A stretch of DNA of 60,349 nt from Thraustochytrium aureum (lineage: Eukaryota), in assembly GCA_012862495.1 (NCBI GenBank), contig BLSG01000240.1, forward strand, positions 35,537 to 95,885. The letters are read 5' to 3'. The position numbers and the translations under genes are program-made. Shown piece by piece: positions 57,824 to 60,349 of the stretch (the stretch's first letter is position 1; every line of letters starts with the position of its first letter). The notes under the pieces were generated by a model. It did no database searches. It saw only the letters and a program-made list of their open reading frames with translations, and was not told where the DNA came from.

Positions 57824-60349
57824 GTTGCCCCGAGCCGGCGGGCGACCTTCTGGGCCCTCGGAGTCGTCGGTTTGAGAACGGTCGCCTGCAGGAGGACTTG
57901 CAGTTGTCAGCGAGTGGTCTTCGTGCGCCTCGCAACGCCCAGCACGTGCCACAGCCGCGCTGTTGAGCCGCTTTTCGTCTTTCGTTTGCTGCGGTGCTGC
58001 CAAGACGGGCGGTGGGCCGACCCGCGGAGCGGCGATGTGGTCTGTGAGCGAGGGCGGTACGGGCTTGCTGAAAATCAACCCCTCCGTTTGAACAGCCTGT
58101 CGTGCTCGCCAAAAGTCGGTTCTTCTGGCCAATGTGTGACGGCGGCGCGCAGCTGCCAGTAGCTCGGTTGTGCGGTTCCGGTCTCGTTGTTGCTCGTTCT
58201 GCATCGAAGCCAAATGAAACGTTTCTGGAGCAGTGACGCCTGGTGCGTAGCCGGAGCTTTCCTCGTCTCCAAGAGCCTCCTGAGCTGCGGGCATGAGAGC
58301 GGGCTCGGCGGTGCTGTCTGCTTCCGCAAAAGGGCGACGGTCGTCTGAAGCATTGTGCGACTCGTCCGCCAAAATTGCCGTTTCGCTGGCTCCTTCTGAG
58401 CCGGCCGAACTTGAGACCATCTTCAATTCGCGTCGTCTCATTGCTATCAAAGCGATGCGGTGACGCTCCACGTGCGGCGGCAAGTACTTGATCGCTGGAA
58501 TGCGCACCACGCGCTCGCCTTCCCCGATGACGAGGTCCCCGTCCTCAGCAAGGAGACTCATCGCGTGAATCGGGCTTGAATGAATATCGAGCTCACGCAG
58601 CAGCTCCTTCTCCTCGTCCCAAACCTTGACTGAGCCATCGAGCCCAGCAGTGATGAGCACGCGAAGCGCGTCGTTGAATGCAGCAGCGGTCACTGCCATC
58701 GAATGGCTGTGATCTTGGCACAGCCCACGAACACGCTGTCCAAGGCTAGGGTCCAAAATGTCGACATGGCCGCTCTCGAGGCCAACGCAAATCAACCCGC
58801 TCTCCCGTGAGAATGCCACGCACGAGATGCGAGCGTCTGATATTGGCGGGAACTTTGCAGCCGAGCGGAGCGTGTCAAGGTTCCAGACCTTGAGGTCTCC
58901 TTTCGAGGCCGCCGTGACGAGGCGCGGGTTGCGGGCCTCTGAGCCAGGATCAAAAGCAACGTTCTGCACGCTGGAGTCGTGCGCCTTGACTATCTGCGCG
59001 CGAAGCTTGCCGTTCTTAGCGACATCCCAAAAGAGTAGCTGCCCTAGACGCGTCCCAGCCACCAAGTACTGCGACCTTCCCTCCACGGCGTCGGCGTGGT
59101 GGGCTGCTGCTGACGCCGCTGCGCACAAGAGATTGGTCCGCCTTTTGCTGCTGGCCGATGCCCCAGGAGGCGCCCCTGACGAGTGGGATTCGGAACCCCC
59201 TTCGCGCATGGAGGTGTGGGCTGGAGCGCGGTGCTCGTTTCTCTCTGCAGGTCGAGAATCGGGTGACGTTGCAAAAGCAGAAAAGCTCTTGCGGTTGGCC
59301 GGTTCAAGCGCTGGGTTCTGCTGCGGCATGCCCTTGGCCATGGCGAGCGGCTTGACGTTGTGCCGTCTCGGGATGTAAACGCCGCCTTCCGACTCGATGA
59401 CGGCAATACAGAGGGCCAAGTCCTTTGGGAGGTCTGATTGTGGAAACTCTCGAAGCAGGGTGGCTGGTTCTGTGGCCGAGGAATAGACGCCAAGCCGGCC
59501 AATCTGGTGCAGCACAAACAATAGACCTTTTCTGGGCGAGTAGACGACATCGGCCACCCTCTCTGTCTCGTGCTCTGGGGCGATGGTCGTGATTGCTTGC
59601 GCAGTCTCGGGATCTATGAGCCGAACCGTGTTGTCCATGGCTAGACACACGAGTGTGTCTTTAGCGAGACCGGCGGGAGGCCCAACCGGCGCCTTGTACG
59701 TTTCGAGCCGTCGTGGCGCAGAGCGAAACGGCAGGTACGAGTGGGTGACATGGTTGAGCTTCCACACTTGCATCGTTCGTTCGGTCAGAAGCAAGACGTG
59801 GGCCCCAATTTGCGCCAGCGCTGGGTCGAAGACGATTTCCATGCCAAGGCAAGGGCGGCTCAGCTCTAGCCTGTACACCTCTTGCAGCGACTCGAGGCTC
59901 AACACGCGCACCGTGTTGTCGAGCGAACACGAGAGAAGCAATCCAAGTGCTGTCTCTTCGGGATGCAACTCGATACGGGTCACTGCCTTGTTGTGCGCTC
60001 GAAAGGCATGCACTAGAGCGTTATTTCGCGCGTTGGACCACACTTTGATGTCCCCGCCCATGCAGCTCGTGACGTAGCAGTGGCTCGTCTCGTAAAACAA
60101 GCAGTCGGTGACTGACTGTTCGTGGATTTCGCTCAGCACCTCGAGGGCGTCCCCCGACGAGGCCTCGAAGACCAGTACGCGATTGTCACAAAGGACGTAC
60201 AGCCGGTTGCACTCTTGGTCAAGGCGCAGACCCTGGGCCCACCCCGAGTTTGGGAGCAGACGCCGCGGCGCCAGCGTGTGGTTCGTGACCGACCTCCATA
60301 GCTTGCTGGATTTGTCCCACTCTTCGGTCTTGTGCTCGGCCCATGCCCA
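57824..60349 (-). CDS. WD40-repeat protein (WDR87/WDR97-like); partial at both ends
   Basis: HEQSVTDC...YVTSCMGGDIKVWS, AHNKAVT...LLSCSLDNTVRV, AHDSSV...LVTAASKGDLKVWN, HSMAVTA...LITAGLDGSVKVWD. The subfamily assignment is tentative. Confidence 0.85.

Noticed and set aside
55964..60139. Apparent 1391-aa WD40-BCP1 fusion ORF
   Set aside because: The join runs through an ~820-nt N-gap. BCP1 proteins are stand-alone and begin just before the acidic tract, so these are almost certainly two genes.
1..60349. tRNA, rRNA, transposase, reverse transcriptase or viral capsid genes
   Set aside because: No cloverleaf, rRNA-like sequence, terminal repeats or hallmark motifs were seen by eye. Elements hidden in the N-gaps cannot be excluded.

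Overview
This is a GC-rich, gene-dense, intron-poor eukaryotic scaffold. The gene set and style suggest a stramenopile, possibly a thraustochytrid or labyrinthulomycete (inference only). The window has many N-gaps and many single-base indels, mostly at short homopolymers, that split real genes across several ORF-track entries. Reconstructed gene order: M23 peptidase+PA protein (+, partial); MCM6 (-); ankyrin protein (+); cytosolic ThrRS (-); METTL13-like dual methyltransferase (+); HECT E3 ligase (-); DUF4326 protein (-); large orphan with a duplicated motif and CxxC (+); degenerate kinesin-like coiled-coil protein (-); Cys-rich orphan (-); SLC33A1 acetyl-CoA transporter (+); NRF-6/acyltransferase-3 (-); PLAC8 protein with one 85-nt intron (+); CNBD-type cation channel (+); TPR protein (+); 4xFAS1 fasciclin (+); GNAT (+); a giant multi-EF-hand protein carrying a CEP290-C-terminus-like motif (-); a BRO1-like / duplicated Zn-motif / F-type-lectin-like protein (+); BCP1/BCCIP (-); and a WD40 protein (-, runs off the end). 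I could not support any tRNA, rRNA, CRISPR array or transposon, and I found no convincing new multi-gene system. The best leads are unusual single-protein architectures and two prokaryote- or virus-type domains (M23, DUF4326). All family calls come from recognising motifs by eye; no searches were run.
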